Of a stretch of 32,000 nucleotides of DNA, positions 19,790 to 29,165 are shown one piece after another. Source of the DNA: Bacillus subtilis subsp. subtilis str. 168 (GTDB lineage Bacteria > Bacillota > Bacilli > Bacillales > Bacillaceae); NCBI RefSeq assembly GCF_000009045.1, contig NC_000964.3, positions 4,140,001 through 4,172,000 of the forward strand, in the 5' to 3' direction. The first letter of the stretch is position 1, and each line of letters begins with the position of its first letter. The position numbers and the translations under genes are program-made. The notes under the pieces are model-generated. The model had not been told where the DNA came from. It was given only the letters and a program-made list of their open reading frames with translations, and searched no databases.

Positions 19790-20998
19790 TTGCCACATCC
19801 ACATAATAAAAAAATCCAATCATTTTGGCTGATCACCGGCATTATCTTTATCGCCTTTAACTTACGGCCCGCGATCACTTCAGTCGGTCCGGTCATCAGC
19901 TCTATCCGGGCAGAGCTGCACATGTCCAATGGGGCAGCCGGTTTTTTGACCGCACTGCCGCTGCTTTCGTTTGCAGTTCTTTCTCCGCTTGCACCTAAGC
20001 TTGGACAGCGCCTCGGTAATGAGCGAACTTTATGGCTAGGTCTCGTGATACTGCTGATCGGTGTTCTGACTCGTTCTACCGGCTATACTGCCGCTTTGTT
20101 TTTCGGAACAGCACTTATCGGCGTCGGGATTGCGATTGGTAACGTACTTTTGCCAAGCTTAATCAAACATAAATACCCTGAAAAGCCAGGGATCATGATC
20201 AGCCTGTATACGACATCAATGAATATATTCGCAGCTTTAGCATCGGGTGTCAGCGTTCCTTTAGCGACCCAGATGAATGGCGGATGGAAACAAGCCTTTC
20301 TCTTATGGGGCGGGCTGGCTTTACTTGCATTGCTAATCTGGATACCTCAGCTGCGCCATCGAGATACGGCAAACCAGACAATGAAGCTGCAATCCAGTTC
20401 CATTTGGGCTTCCAAAATGGCATGGTATGTCACCATCTTTATGGGCCTGCAATCGTTTTTATTTTACAGCAGCATCGCTTGGTTTCCTGAAATTCTCCGT
20501 TCACACGGGATTGATACGGCAACAGCCGGATGGATGGTATCACTCATGCAATTTGCGAGTCTGCCTTCCACTTTTCTGACGCCAGTTTTAGCTGACCGTG
20601 TGAAACAGCAGCGCGGTATCGTTGCGGCGCTGGCCTCAGTTTATCTGATCGGCCTTTGCGGATTATTAGCGGGCGGAAGCCATACATTGCTTGCCATCTG
20701 GATGATCATTATCGGTATCGGACAAGGCTCCAGCATTAGTCTGGCCCTTACTTTGATTGGTCTCCGCAGTGAAAATGCCCAACAGGCCGCTGCGCTGTCA
20801 GGCATGTCTCAGTCATTCGGCTACCTGCTGGCAGCAGTCGGGCCAATCTTTGTCGGCTATCTCTTTGACCAGACGCATTCTTGGACGATGCCGATTGTGC
20901 TTCTCATTGCTGCCCTGATCGTAATGGGAGCAGCCGGACAGGGAGCCGGACGAGATCGATACATTTTCCAGTCAGAAAAACAAAGAAATTCAGCATAA
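19790..20998 (+). CDS. yycB: MFS transporter (CynX/NimT-like)
   Basis: 402 aa with 12 predicted TM segments. The TTG start follows an AGAGGAG SD. Confidence 0.87.
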   Translation: MPHPHNKKIQSFWLITGIIFIAFNLRPAITSVGPVISSIRAELHMSNGAAGFLTALPLLSFAVLSPLAPKLGQRLGNERTLWLGLVILLIGVLTRSTGYTAALFFGTALIGVGIAIGNVLLPSLIKHKYPEKPGIMISLYTTSMNIFAALASGVSVPLATQMNGGWKQAFLLWGGLALLALLIWIPQLRHRDTANQTMKLQSSSIWASKMAWYVTIFMGLQSFLFYSSIAWFPEILRSHGIDTATAGWMVSLMQFASLPSTFLTPVLADRVKQQRGIVAALASVYLIGLCGLLAGGSHTLLAIWMIIIGIGQGSSISLALTLIGLRSENAQQAAALSGMSQSFGYLLAAVGPIFVGYLFDQTHSWTMPIVLLIAALIVMGAAGQGAGRDRYIFQSEKQRNSA

Positions 20999-21025
20999 AG
21001 CGGGGAAGATATCTCCGCTTTTTTC
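20999..21025 (+). terminator. yycB terminator
   Basis: AGCGGGGA-AGATA-TCTCCGCT is followed by TTTTTTC. Confidence 0.65.
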
Positions 21026-21102
21026 TTTGAATATTTATGGTTTATTCATAAGTTTTTCATATTTGTTTTTTACAATGAGACACCATAAAGAGGTGAAAAA
21101 CG

Positions 21103-23160
21103 ATGAAAACCAAACGATTCGACGCAGCCCTTATTCTTATTTTGCTAGCAGCAGCTTTTTTGAATACGTATCACATTTGGCAGGATGATACAGCAAACCA
21201 GTACTATTTGGCGGCTGTAAAAAGCATGACGCAAAGCTTCCATAACTTTTTTTATGCGTCATTTGACCCTTCTGGATTTGTGACAGTAGATAAGCCTCCT
21301 GTCGTGTTATGGATTCAAACGATTTTCGCACTGATTTTCGGTGTTCACACGTGGAGTGTCATCATTCCCCAGGCTCTTGCCGGAGTTGGATCTGTCTTCC
21401 TTCTCTACAGAATGGTTAAGCCGACTTTTGGAGTTGGAGCGGCCCGCATTGCCGCACTTGTCATGGCACTGACCCCTATCGCAGTAGCTGTCAGCCGGAC
21501 AAACAATATCGACAGCATGCTTGTTTTTACCTTATTGCTCGGTTCAACTTGTCTGCTTAGGGCAGTAAAACAAGGCAAGCTGGTTTGGCTGCTGACGGCA
21601 TTTGCCCTGATTGGGCTCGCCTTTAATATGAAGATGATGCAAGCGTTTATGGTATTGCCTGCATTTGTGTTATTCTACCTGATTGCATCTCGGGTTTCTC
21701 TGAAGAAAAAAATCGGGTCCCTGCTTCTGTCTCTTGTCCTTCTGACAGGCCTTTCACTCTCATGGGCGATTGCAGTGGATTCAGCCTCTTCCTCAAGCCG
21801 GCCTTATGTAGGAAGCAGCCAGACTAACTCAGTGCTAGAACTGGCCTTTGGCTACAACGGCACAGAGCGTCTGTTTGGGCAAACTACGGGCCTTGCAAAG
21901 GGTGATATGAATGCTGCTGGCGGAGGGAACATGCAGAATCAAGACAACATGCAAGCGCCAAATGGCAACGGTTCATCTTTTTCTCAGAACGGTAATCAAT
22001 CATTCGGAAACCATTCACAGGCGCCTCAGCCGCCTAACGGACAAACCGGCGCTCTCAATGGAGGCGGAGGCACACCTCCCACAGGTGGCAACGGACCTGG
22101 AAATGGAGGGCCTGGCGGCGGAGGCGGAAAAAGCGTGAATATGTTCGGCACCGGTGATCCTGGACCGCTTCGTCTCTTCCAATCAGCACTTTCCGGCCAA
22201 ATCAGCTGGATGCTTCCATTCTCATTGATCGGATTACTGGGCGCAATCATCAGCTGGTACCGTGATCGCCGCGGACATGCTGCTAAAATGAAAGAAACGC
22301 TATTCTGGGCGGCTTGGCTTGTTCCCGTGGCTGGTTTCTTCAGCATCGCAGGATTCTTCCACCAGTATTATTTGATTATGCTGGCACCGCCGATTGCCGC
22401 CCTTTCTGGTATCGGATGGTATACGATGCACCGCTTATACAAAAATAATAAAGACTGGTCCAGCTATCTTCTGCCGGCAGCCGTCTTGATCACAGCCGTG
22501 TTTCAGGTGTATATTCTGAGCGCTTATACAAGCCAAATCGGCAGTGTATGGATGTATGTCCTGGGGCTCTTAGGACTGGGCATCACCCTTGCACTTCTGA
22601 TGCTTAAACGCAGCCATCCGTTCAGTAAGCTGCTGACCATCATCAGCTTGTGCGTTCTGCTTCTCACACCAGTTTACTGGTCAGCAACGCCGCTTCTATA
22701 CGGTGGCAACAGCGTCCTTCCTGAATCCGGCCCGCAGCTCAAAGGCTCAGCAAACGGCGGGAACATGTTCTCTTCAGAGGTCGACAGCGGGCTCCTGTCC
22801 TATCTGAGAAAACACAATACCGGCGAAGAGTATTTATTTGCTACTTTGACAACCGTAACAGCTGCGCCATACATCATTTACGAAAATGAATCTGTTATGG
22901 CAATGGGCGGGTTTAACGGCACGGATCCCATTCTGACTGTGTCGGAACTGAAAAAACTGATCAAAGAAGGCAAAGTGAAATACTTCCTTCTGTCAGAAAA
23001 CAACTCAGGCAACAGCGAACTTGTTTCCTGGATTAAGAAAAACGGAAAAGAAATAACATCTGACGAGTACAGCGGTTCCTCCAGCAGCACAAACAGCGTG
23101 CAGGGAATGCGAAGAGGACCTGGCGGAGAAAGCCAGCAAACTCTTTATCTCGTGGAATAA
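21103..23160 (+). CDS. yycA: Polytopic membrane glycosyltransferase-like protein (GT-C / PMT-ArnT type) with an internal low-complexity loop
   Basis: 685 aa. The N-terminal multi-TM region has a DxP-type motif (VTVDKPP), followed by more TM segments and a soluble C-terminal domain. An AAGAGGTGAAAA SD lies upstream. Confidence 0.85.
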   Translation: MKTKRFDAALILILLAAAFLNTYHIWQDDTANQYYLAAVKSMTQSFHNFFYASFDPSGFVTVDKPPVVLWIQTIFALIFGVHTWSVIIPQALAGVGSVFLLYRMVKPTFGVGAARIAALVMALTPIAVAVSRTNNIDSMLVFTLLLGSTCLLRAVKQGKLVWLLTAFALIGLAFNMKMMQAFMVLPAFVLFYLIASRVSLKKKIGSLLLSLVLLTGLSLSWAIAVDSASSSSRPYVGSSQTNSVLELAFGYNGTERLFGQTTGLAKGDMNAAGGGNMQNQDNMQAPNGNGSSFSQNGNQSFGNHSQAPQPPNGQTGALNGGGGTPPTGGNGPGNGGPGGGGGKSVNMFGTGDPGPLRLFQSALSGQISWMLPFSLIGLLGAIISWYRDRRGHAAKMKETLFWAAWLVPVAGFFSIAGFFHQYYLIMLAPPIAALSGIGWYTMHRLYKNNKDWSSYLLPAAVLITAVFQVYILSAYTSQIGSVWMYVLGLLGLGITLALLMLKRSHPFSKLLTIISLCVLLLTPVYWSATPLLYGGNSVLPESGPQLKGSANGGNMFSSEVDSGLLSYLRKHNTGEEYLFATLTTVTAAPYIIYENESVMAMGGFNGTDPILTVSELKKLIKEGKVKYFLLSENNSGNSELVSWIKKNGKEITSDEYSGSSSSTNSVQGMRRGPGGESQQTLYLVE

Positions 23161-23194
23161 AAAAAGAGGCTTGGATGAATCCAAGCCTCTTTTC
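23161..23194. terminator. Bidirectional terminator shared by yycA and rplI
   Basis: AGAGGCTTGGA-TGAA-TCCAAGCCTCT is flanked by an A-run and a T-run. Confidence 0.78.
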
Positions 23195-23196
23195 TA

Positions 23197-23646
23197 TTAA
23201 GCTTCTTCTTTTACATGTACCTTTAACACAGCCTGCACTTCAGGATGCAGCTTCACAGGCACGTTTGTATATCCTAATGCACGAATGCCGTCCGGCAGTT
23301 CAAGCTTCCGCTTATCTACTTTAATGTTATGGTCTTTTTGGAGCTGTTCAGTGATTTGCTTGCTTGTCACTGAACCAAATAAACGGCCGCCCTCACCTGA
23401 TTTTGCGCTAAGCTCAACAGTCAGTTTTTCTAATGTCTCTTTCAAGCTCTTAGCCTGCTCAAGCTCAGCAATGGCTTCTTTTTTCTCTTTCTGCTTTTGT
23501 CCGTTTAACGCGCTGATGTTTGACGCGTTCGCTTCAACCGCGAGGCCTTTTTTAATTAGAAAGTTATGCGCATAACCGTCTGCTACGTTTTTGACTTCGC
23601 CTTTTTTTCCTTTTCCTTTTACATCTTGTAAGAAAATAACCTTCAT
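23197..23646 (-). CDS. rplI: 50S ribosomal protein L9
   Basis: 149 aa starting [26 protein letters not shown]. Its start overlaps the gdpP stop (ATGA). Confidence 0.97.
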   Translation of the reverse strand: MKVIFLQDVKGKGKKGEVKNVADGYAHNFLIKKGLAVEANASNISALNGQKQKEKKEAIAELEQAKSLKETLEKLTVELSAKSGEGGRLFGSVTSKQITEQLQKDHNIKVDKRKLELPDGIRALGYTNVPVKLHPEVQAVLKVHVKEEA

Positions 23647-25622
23647 CTCTGTACGCCTCCCTCAAAATACTCATCTATGGCGTGCTTCAGCCGTTCCAGC
23701 GCTTCAGAAACTGAAATGCCGGACAACTGAGTCGCCGCATTTGTTAAATGCCCTCCGCCTTCCAGGGCCTCCATGATGATCTGAACATTTACCTCGCCAA
23801 GCGACCGAGCACTGATACAAACCGTTTGTTCATCCCGTCTCGCCACCGCAAATGAAGCCTCAACCTCACTCATCGATAGCAGCGAATCGGCAGCCTGCGC
23901 AATCAGCACTTGATCGAAGTATTCCTCTTCATTTTCAGGAAGAGAAGCAATCGCAATGTTATCTTTATAGAGGACCGTATGCTGGATCAGCTTCGCCCGT
24001 TTAATATAGGAATCAACGGTTTCTTTCAGAAACTTCTGCACCAGCACCGTGTCGGCGCCTTTTGCCCTTAAATAAGAAGCCGCATCGAAAGTCCGCGAGC
24101 CCGTGCGGAGAGAAAAGCTCTTTGTATCCACTATTATACCAGCTAATAGGGCTGTTGCTTCAATCATATTGATTTTTAAGCGCTTCGGCTGATATTCAAG
24201 CAGCTCTGTCACCAATTCCGCTGTGGAAGAAGCGTATGGTTCCATATAAACGAGCAGCGGATCTCTGATAAACTCCTCACCTCTTCGGTGATGGTCGATG
24301 ACCACGATATGTTCAATTTTATTGACCAGCCGTTCCTCCATGACGAGTGACGGCTTATGTGTATCAACGATCACAAGCAGTGTGTCATCATTGGAAATCT
24401 CCATTGCTTCTTCAGGCGTAATAAATCTTGACCACAGTTCTTCATATTTTTTGATTTCCCCAATCAAACGCTGCACACTTGATCCGATTTGGTTTGGGTC
24501 AATCACGATAAAACCATCTTTGTTATTTGCCTGAGCCACCTTTAAAATCCCGATCGCTGCGCCGATAGAATCCATGTCGGGGAATTTATGCCCCATGATA
24601 ATCACATTGCTGCTTTCGGTGACGATTTCCTTTAAGGCGTGAGAAATCACGCGGGCCCGCACCCTTGTTCGTTTCTCCATTGGGTTTGTTTTACCGCCGT
24701 AAAACTTCACCTTGCCGTTTGGCAGCTTAATGGCTACCTGGTCTCCGCCGCGTCCCAGTGCTAAGTCCAAGCTGGATTGCGCCAAATCGCCAAGTTCTTT
24801 CAGGGAAGAGACTGAAGCCCCGACACCGACGCTTAACGTCAGCGCTACACCGTCAAACGAGGTTTTTTCCCGCACTTCATCAAGAATCGAAAACTTCGAA
24901 TTTTCGAGTTCAGTTAAGATATGTTCATTAAGTACAGCAATAAAGCGTTCTGAAGACGTCCTTTTCAAGAAGATCCCGTACTCCTGCGCCCAAGCGTTCA
25001 GCAAAGATGTCACCTGGCTGTTCATCGTGCTTCTCGTCTGGTCATCCAATCCTTGTGTCACATCATCATAGTTATCAAGGAAAATATATGCCAGGACGGT
25101 TCTTTCGTTTTCATATAGCTTTTCAATCTGGATTTGTTCTGTTACATCAAAGAAATATAAGAGACGCTCATCCCGTTTGATGACAACCCTAAACTTGCGG
25201 TCATTCAATGTAACCGTTTCCGATTCCACCTCTTGTTTGATAAGCGGCACTACCGATTCACAAGTATCGTAAAGTGATCTCCCCACTAAAGTGCTTTCAT
25301 TAAAACAAGAGGAAAGAAACGGATTTGCCCATTCTATATAATATTGGTCATTAAAAAGCATGATTCCAATCGGCATTTCCATCAATGCCTCTTCACCGAC
25401 TTTTTTCAACCTGTAGGACAACGTAGAAATATAAGCATCAATCTCTTGTCGAATAAGAGAATCAGCACGCTTAATAAAAAACAAAATAACTGCCAGCAGC
25501 AGCACTTCGACGGTTCCTAATATCCAGTTAAAATAAAAGCTGATGAGGATTGTAATAATTGACAGAGCAATCAATGCATAGATGGGATACCGAAACAGCG
25601 GTTTTTCATAAAAGCTTGGCAT
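23643..25622 (-). CDS. gdpP: Cyclic-di-AMP phosphodiesterase GdpP (YybT): 2 TM - PAS - degenerate GGDEF - DHH/DHHA1
   Basis: The start is [13 protein letters not shown], after a GGGGAG SD (659 aa). The protein has a DHH motif (VVIDHHR) and a GGGH motif. Confidence 0.95.
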   Translation of the reverse strand: MPSFYEKPLFRYPIYALIALSIITILISFYFNWILGTVEVLLLAVILFFIKRADSLIRQEIDAYISTLSYRLKKVGEEALMEMPIGIMLFNDQYYIEWANPFLSSCFNESTLVGRSLYDTCESVVPLIKQEVESETVTLNDRKFRVVIKRDERLLYFFDVTEQIQIEKLYENERTVLAYIFLDNYDDVTQGLDDQTRSTMNSQVTSLLNAWAQEYGIFLKRTSSERFIAVLNEHILTELENSKFSILDEVREKTSFDGVALTLSVGVGASVSSLKELGDLAQSSLDLALGRGGDQVAIKLPNGKVKFYGGKTNPMEKRTRVRARVISHALKEIVTESSNVIIMGHKFPDMDSIGAAIGILKVAQANNKDGFIVIDPNQIGSSVQRLIGEIKKYEELWSRFITPEEAMEISNDDTLLVIVDTHKPSLVMEERLVNKIEHIVVIDHHRRGEEFIRDPLLVYMEPYASSTAELVTELLEYQPKRLKINMIEATALLAGIIVDTKSFSLRTGSRTFDAASYLRAKGADTVLVQKFLKETVDSYIKRAKLIQHTVLYKDNIAIASLPENEEEYFDQVLIAQAADSLLSMSEVEASFAVARRDEQTVCISARSLGEVNVQIIMEALEGGGHLTNAATQLSGISVSEALERLKHAIDEYFEGGVQR

Positions 25623-25658
25623 TTCTATCACTCCCCACCATGTGAGTAAAACTCATGT

Positions 25659-26588
25659 TCACTTCACCTTATTCCTTATATGAAAGCCCATATCTAAAAC
25701 GCCTAAAATGCGAATGGCCGCCATGAAGACCGGATGCACAAACCCAAGTATGACAGCAATCACAGCCGCAGCCTTTGGATATTGTTTCTTATGGCAATAG
25801 AAAAAGATAAATGATAAACCTTGGATGAAAATCAGAAACCCGAGTATAAACTCCCCATTTAAAGCGATAGAGTACAGCATTTGGCCTTTTTCTAAAGGCA
25901 AAAATGAAAGCATGACAATAATCAAATACAGTACTACAACACTTTGCGGAAACTTCAACTCTCTAAAAGGCTTTAGATTAGGAATATCGGGGGAGAATCG
26001 CCTTAAGAGCGGCTTAGCGATAAGGTAACTGAGGAAAGAAAAAATAACTCCTACCATCACAATAGCTGTTGGAAAAAGATATTGAACGATACCCAATTGT
26101 TCTTCCATCAGTTTTAATTGCTTCTCAAACTGCCCAGCATTGCCCGACTGCTTCGCTACAGTTTCTACAATATCAAGAGATTGCCGGTATTGTGTCATTG
26201 CCTCATCAATGATATTGATACCCAAAAACTGAATGCTTATCACAAAATAGAAGACAATACTAAGCATATAAATAAGAGCGCCCGAAATAATGGCGTGCCC
26301 GGGCTCTTTCCTTTTGAAAAAATGTCCCATGGCAATGCCGGCGCAAGCTGACATAAAAGCTACAATAAGCCCGTTAAAGGACCCGACAATAAAAACAACC
26401 GGAAGACTGACAGCGCCCATCCATATCCCTAGCTTCAATCCATGTCTGATCGTATACAAGATCATTGGCAGCGGCAGTGCAAATAACAGAATTGTTCCAA
26501 TCACAGGAACATAAACGACCAGAAGCGTAATGATCGCAAACAGACTGATTAAAATAGCACCTTCCATTAAAGCTCTCGTTTGTTTCAC
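25659..26588 (-). CDS. yybS: Polytopic membrane protein of unknown function (DUF2232-like)
   Basis: 309 aa with multiple TM segments. The GTG start follows a GAGGTGA SD. It occupies the conserved position upstream of gdpP. Confidence 0.87.
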   Translation of the reverse strand: MKQTRALMEGAILISLFAIITLLVVYVPVIGTILLFALPLPMILYTIRHGLKLGIWMGAVSLPVVFIVGSFNGLIVAFMSACAGIAMGHFFKRKEPGHAIISGALIYMLSIVFYFVISIQFLGINIIDEAMTQYRQSLDIVETVAKQSGNAGQFEKQLKLMEEQLGIVQYLFPTAIVMVGVIFSFLSYLIAKPLLRRFSPDIPNLKPFRELKFPQSVVVLYLIIVMLSFLPLEKGQMLYSIALNGEFILGFLIFIQGLSFIFFYCHKKQYPKAAAVIAVILGFVHPVFMAAIRILGVLDMGFHIRNKVK

Positions 26589-26623
26589 TTAGTCACCTCG
26601 TATCATCCTGAACATACGAATAG

Positions 26624-26652
26624 AAAAGAGCAGCATAAACGACTGCTCTTTT
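26624..26652 (-). terminator. Strong terminator-like hairpin 36 nt upstream of the yybS start
   Basis: AAAAGAGCAG-N9-CTGCTCTTTT is a 10-bp perfect stem with A and T runs on both sides. On the minus strand it is followed by TTTTCTATT. Confidence 0.5.
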
Positions 26653-26710
26653 GTTCATCGCTGCAACATGCTTTGCACCGAATGTTTTTATATCATCTCT
26701 AAATTTTACT

Positions 26711-26740
26711 TTTATATTTTAACATAAGTCCAAATCGCAA
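26711..26740 (-). promoter_or_regulatory. Candidate SigA promoter for yybS-gdpP-rplI
   Basis: The minus strand reads TTGCGA-18-TATAAA. This would give a leader of about 115 nt that contains the hairpin at 26624-26652. Confidence 0.3.
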
Positions 26741-26771
26741 GTAAAATGACGCTAATGTTTCATGTGAAACA

Positions 26772-26806
26772 TGAAAAAGGAAAAGACATTCTTTGAAAAG
26801 AATGCC
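26772..26806 (-). terminator. Weak terminator after the 49-codon ORF
   Basis: The minus strand reads CATTCTT-TTCA-AAGAATG followed by TCTTTTCCTTTTTC. The stem is AT-rich and only 7 bp long. Confidence 0.4.
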
Positions 26807-26814
26807 CATCACAA

Positions 26815-26964
26815 TTAATGTTTATCATCCATAAAGCCAGAAGATTCCTTGTTTTTCTTTTTCGTTTTTCTGACATACATAAAAATTAAGATCACCAGTA
26901 AAAGGGTTGTTGCTTGCAGAACGCCGCTGCTAAACAAGAAAAAGTTCTTTATCATGTCCCACAT
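26815..26964 (-). CDS. Small single-pass membrane protein (49 aa), hypothetical
   Basis: An AAGAGGTGA SD lies 6 nt before the ATG. It encodes MWDMIKNFFLFSSGVLQATTLLLVILIFMYVRKTKKKNKESSGFMDDKH, a hydrophobic helix followed by a K-rich stop-transfer segment. It is below the ORF-track cutoff. Confidence 0.5.
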   Translation of the reverse strand: MWDMIKNFFLFSSGVLQATTLLLVILIFMYVRKTKKKNKESSGFMDDKH

Positions 26965-27048
26965 TGTGTTTCACCTCTTTGTGCATGTTCTCAACCCGTA
27001 TCCTATATAAGGTGAATTTCCCTTTTTAAAAACTTCAAAACATCATGA

Positions 27049-27075
27049 ACAACATTGAGCGTTGGGCATATGCTG
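27049..27075 (+). promoter_or_regulatory. Candidate SigK-type promoter of cotF
   Basis: AC-16-CATATGCTG is a partial match to AC / CATA---TA. cotF is a late mother-cell coat gene. Confidence 0.3.
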
Positions 27076-27109
27076 ATATGGAATCTGATCGATAAAGGAG
27101 AATTTTCAC

Positions 27110-27592
27110 ATGGATGAACGCAGAACATTGGCTTGGCATGAAACATTAGAAATGCACGAGCTGGTTGCTTTTCAATCAAACGGACTCATTAAACTGAAGA
27201 AAATGATAAGAGAAGTAAAAGACCCTCAGCTCAGACAGCTTTATAACGTGTCTATTCAGGGTGTTGAGCAAAATTTGAGAGAGCTTCTTCCGTTCTTTCC
27301 ACAGGCTCCGCACAGAGAGGATGAGGAAGAAGAACGCGCAGATAACCCATTTTACAGCGGTGACCTGCTCGGTTTTGCCAAAACATCTGTCCGCAGCTAT
27401 GCCATCGCAATTACAGAAACAGCAACACCTCAATTAAGAAACGTACTGGTCAAACAGCTGAATGCTGCCATCCAGCTGCACGCCCAAGTTTATCGATACA
27501 TGTATCAGCATGGATATTATCCGTCTTACAACCTTTCTGAACTGTTGAAAAACGATGTCAGAAACGCCAACAGAGCCATTTCAATGAAATAA
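27110..27592 (+). CDS. cotF: Spore coat protein F
   Basis: 160-aa ORF with an AAAGGAGA SD. The sequence [23 protein letters not shown] is recognised as CotF. Confidence 0.92.
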
Positions 27593-27630
27593 AACAAGCA
27601 GCAAAGGAGTTCCCTTTGCTGCTATTTCTG
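27593..27630. terminator. Bidirectional terminator shared by cotF and hypR
   Basis: AGCAGCAAAGG-AGTTC-CCTTTGCTGCT spans 27597-27623. The hypR stop codon lies inside the right arm. Confidence 0.7.
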
Positions 27631-27999
27631 CTGATCCTTCACTAAGCCGTTCGAACGATAAGATTCCAGCACGTCTCTGTTGGATTCTCCCCATTCTTTC
27701 ATTTGCAAAACAATCGGTTCAAGCGTGCGCCCAAATTCCGTCAGAGAGTACTCTACCTTGGGCGGCACCTGGTGATAAACCTCACGGTGCACGATGCCGT
27801 CCGCTTCCAGCTCCCTCAGCTGGAGAGTAAGCATTCTTTGAGTAATACTCGGGCAGATTCGCCGAAACTCATTAAATCGTTTCTTGCCATCTATCATGTG
27901 ATAAAAAAGAATTCCTTTCCACTTTCCGCCAATGACATCTAGAGTGAATTCAACTGGACAGCCTTCTTTGTTCGGGTATATATTCTTTTTTTCACTCAT
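27622..27999 (-). CDS. hypR: HxlR/DUF24 (MarR-type) redox-sensing transcription regulator HypR (YybR)
   Basis: 125 aa with a CPVEFTLDVIGGKWK wHTH signature. Cys14 and Cys49 are present, as in the hypochlorite/diamide sensor HypR. Confidence 0.88.
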   Translation of the reverse strand: MSEKKNIYPNKEGCPVEFTLDVIGGKWKGILFYHMIDGKKRFNEFRRICPSITQRMLTLQLRELEADGIVHREVYHQVPPKVEYSLTEFGRTLEPIVLQMKEWGESNRDVLESYRSNGLVKDQQK

Positions 28000-28013
28000 T
28001 CTTGACCCTCCAA

Positions 28014-28033
28014 TAGTACCTTTTTTGATACTA
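28014..28033. promoter_or_regulatory. Candidate DUF24-type operator upstream of hypR
   Basis: TAGTA-N10-TACTA lies 15 nt upstream of the hypR start. It resembles the TACT...AGTA boxes of YodB/HypR-type regulators. The arms are short, so a chance match is possible. Confidence 0.25.
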
Positions 28034-28134
28034 CATTACATTTTGCAACTAATCTACCCAGTATTTTACACACCTTTTCTCCTTAGCTCAAAGAAAATGC
28101 TTCTTATTCACATCAATTTTTAAGGGTTTGCATG

Positions 28135-28163
28135 ATTACACCTGCAGCAAGACGTGTTAAACT
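28135..28163 (+). promoter_or_regulatory. Candidate SigA promoter of ppaC
   Basis: The sequence is ATTACA-17-TGtTAAACT, with an extended -10. Confidence 0.35.
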
Positions 28164-28203
28164 ATATAAAGATTACACTACTTAAAAAAGGATAGGAGCT
28201 ATC

Positions 28204-29133
28204 ATGGAAAAGATACTTATTTTCGGACACCAAAACCCAGATACAGATACGATTTGTTCTGCGATTGCTTATGCTGATTTGAAAAACAAACTCGGCTTCA
28301 ATGCTGAGCCTGTCCGCCTCGGACAAGTCAACGGCGAAACACAATACGCGCTTGACTATTTCAAACAAGAAAGCCCGCGTCTTGTTGAAACAGCTGCAAA
28401 CGAAGTAAACGGCGTTATCCTGGTTGACCATAACGAACGCCAGCAAAGCATCAAAGACATTGAAGAGGTTCAGGTTTTAGAGGTTATCGACCATCACCGC
28501 ATCGCTAACTTTGAAACAGCTGAGCCGCTTTACTATCGTGCTGAGCCTGTAGGCTGTACGGCTACCATCTTAAACAAAATGTACAAAGAGAATAACGTGA
28601 AAATCGAGAAAGAAATTGCCGGCCTTATGCTGTCTGCGATCATTTCTGATTCCCTGTTATTTAAATCTCCAACTTGCACGGACCAAGACGTAGCAGCAGC
28701 AAAAGAGCTTGCGGAGATCGCTGGAGTAGATGCTGAAGAATACGGCTTGAACATGTTGAAAGCAGGCGCTGATCTAAGCAAAAAAACAGTGGAAGAGCTC
28801 ATTTCTCTTGATGCGAAAGAATTTACACTCGGCAGCAAGAAAGTCGAAATCGCACAAGTAAACACAGTGGACATTGAAGATGTAAAAAAACGCCAAGCTG
28901 AATTAGAAGCTGTGATCTCAAAAGTTGTGGCTGAGAAGAATCTTGATCTGTTCCTTCTCGTTATCACAGATATCTTAGAAAATGATTCACTTGCTCTTGC
29001 AATCGGTAACGAAGCAGCGAAAGTGGAAAAAGCGTTCAACGTTACATTAGAAAACAACACAGCCCTCTTAAAAGGCGTTGTTTCCCGTAAAAAACAAGTC
29101 GTTCCTGTCTTAACAGACGCAATGGCTGAATAA
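28204..29133 (+). CDS. ppaC: Mn-dependent family II inorganic pyrophosphatase (DHH/DHHA2)
   Basis: 309 aa with HQNPDTD and DHH motifs. A GGATAGGAG SD lies upstream. Confidence 0.96.
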
Positions 29134-29135
29134 GC

Positions 29136-29165
29136 AAAAAGCATCCCGCGTCGGGATGCTTTTTC
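29136..29165. terminator. Bidirectional terminator shared by ppaC and yybP
   Basis: The sequence is AAAAAGCATCCCG-CGT-CGGGATGCTTTTT. Confidence 0.78.

Noticed and set aside
22026-22346. 106-aa proline/glycine-rich minus-strand ORF
   Set aside because: It is the mirror image of the G/N/P low-complexity coding stretch in yycA and has no independent start signals.
28533-29144. 203-aa minus-strand ORF
   Set aside because: It is antisense to ppaC, whose identity is unambiguous. Its serine/alanine/phenylalanine-rich sequence is typical of a reverse-frame artefact.
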